64,000 nt of DNA from Mytilus californianus (Eukaryota): the NCBI RefSeq assembly GCF_021869535.1, contig NW_026262701.1, positions 34,906,001 to 34,970,000 of the forward strand, read 5' to 3'. Position 1 is the stretch's first letter. Every line of letters starts with the position of its first letter. This document shows positions 63,000 through 64,000 of this stretch, in pieces. The notes below the pieces were generated by a model. The model had not been told where the DNA came from. It saw only the letters and a program-made list of their open reading frames with translations, and searched no databases. Made by a program: the position numbers and the translations under genes.

Positions 63000-64000
63000 T
63001 CCTTGATATAAGGTTACTTCTCATAATGAAGCTTTTAAACCAAGAGTTTCAAGTGGTGAAGTTGAAATCATCCCTTCGTAAATTTTATGGACGCCATCAT
63101 AAGTTGGTTGACCGTTCTGGTATATCTGTTTCACAGATGACGACTGATATATTCCTGAACTACAATACCGTCCCCTTTTCTCCGAATGTAACTTATCAAA
63201 GGGTTTGTACTTAATTGAGGTAGCAATACATAGTTAGGAAAAAAACTTTAAATTGACACTCATAATTTTTAACCACCCGCTTTCCCTTGCTTTCTAACAG
63301 ATAAGACTTAATGTTTGTGTTATATATAAATGCATATGTATGGAAAAAAGCATCTTCCATAGATTTGATTTCCAATAGTTAAAATGGCGAAATATAGTCT
63401 CTTTTTTTTTGTGTAACCATTGCAACAATCTGCATTTATTTGATACAAAATATTGCAAAAAGGGGGTGATTATGTCACAAAAGTCCCCAAAATTTGGTCC
63501 AAAGTAGAATTTCAACCCATTAGAGTGATACCTTTTCTGAAATCATTGACATTTATCTATCTATAGGTAAAATAAAAATCATATGCATTTCACCTAGTTT
63601 TTCCATAAAACTGAATTGAAAAGTTCGAGGGTCAAATATTTGTTGGAAAACACTACAATAATTTCTGGACCTATGGGCGGTACTGATGTGAAAATACGGA
63701 CAGTCAAACAGCAAATGGCCTTTAAAACATGCAAAAAAAATCTTGATGTTCATATTAACCCACTTTGAAGGAAATATTAATCTTCAACTATCTAAAAATC
63801 AATTTTATTTTACAATAACTTTCATATTTAAAAAAATTCACCCGGATCCAAAATGCGAAACCAAAACTCCGATCCAAAATGCGAAACCAAAACTCCTATC
63901 TGTGTATTGCTAACTGAGCAACACGACGGGTGCCACATGTGAAGCAGGATCTGCTTACCCTTCCAGAGCACCTGAGATCACCCCAAGTTTTTGGTGGGTT
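63000..64000 (+). mobile_element. Naiad-type PLE 3' fragment interrupted by a MITE
   Basis: KLLNQEFQVVKLKSSLRKFYGRHH matches 32020-32150; the 3' tail resumes at 63915. Confidence 0.85.
63219..63914. mobile_element. Second copy of the 45818-46482 MITE family
   Basis: Same TIRs (right end GCTAAC); TSD TGA at 63216-63218 and 63915-63917. Confidence 0.82.

Noticed and set aside
1-64000. CRISPR arrays, rRNA, prokaryotic operons
   Set aside because: No repeat-spacer arrays or rRNA-like sequence; the window is intron-containing eukaryotic DNA.

Overview
AT-rich animal genomic DNA, most likely from a bivalve mollusc (Mytilus-like; inferred from repeat content and gene types, not verified). Two spliced minus-strand genes could be rebuilt with consistent splice phases: a secreted 618-aa mosaic of four carbohydrate-binding domain types (SUEL, F5/8C, C-type lectin, chitin-binding type 2; CDS 18752-29428) and a 491-aa SAXO/FAM154-like ciliary protein (CDS 51051-61548). 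The left third is an old tandem segmental duplication carrying a pseudogenised copy of the lectin gene's last two exons. The rest is mobile DNA: an apparently intact tyrosine-recombinase retrotransposon with split direct repeats (38652-43675), several Naiad-type Penelope-like elements, decayed LINEs, SINEs and MITEs. The most notable non-obvious signal is a non-coding ~0.84 kb element with direct repeats, present twice next to (TA)n, that carries a complete minimal type-I hammerhead ribozyme (12802-12845 +; 24882-24925 -) and resembles a retrozyme. All alignments were done by eye; identities and some repeat boundaries are approximate.
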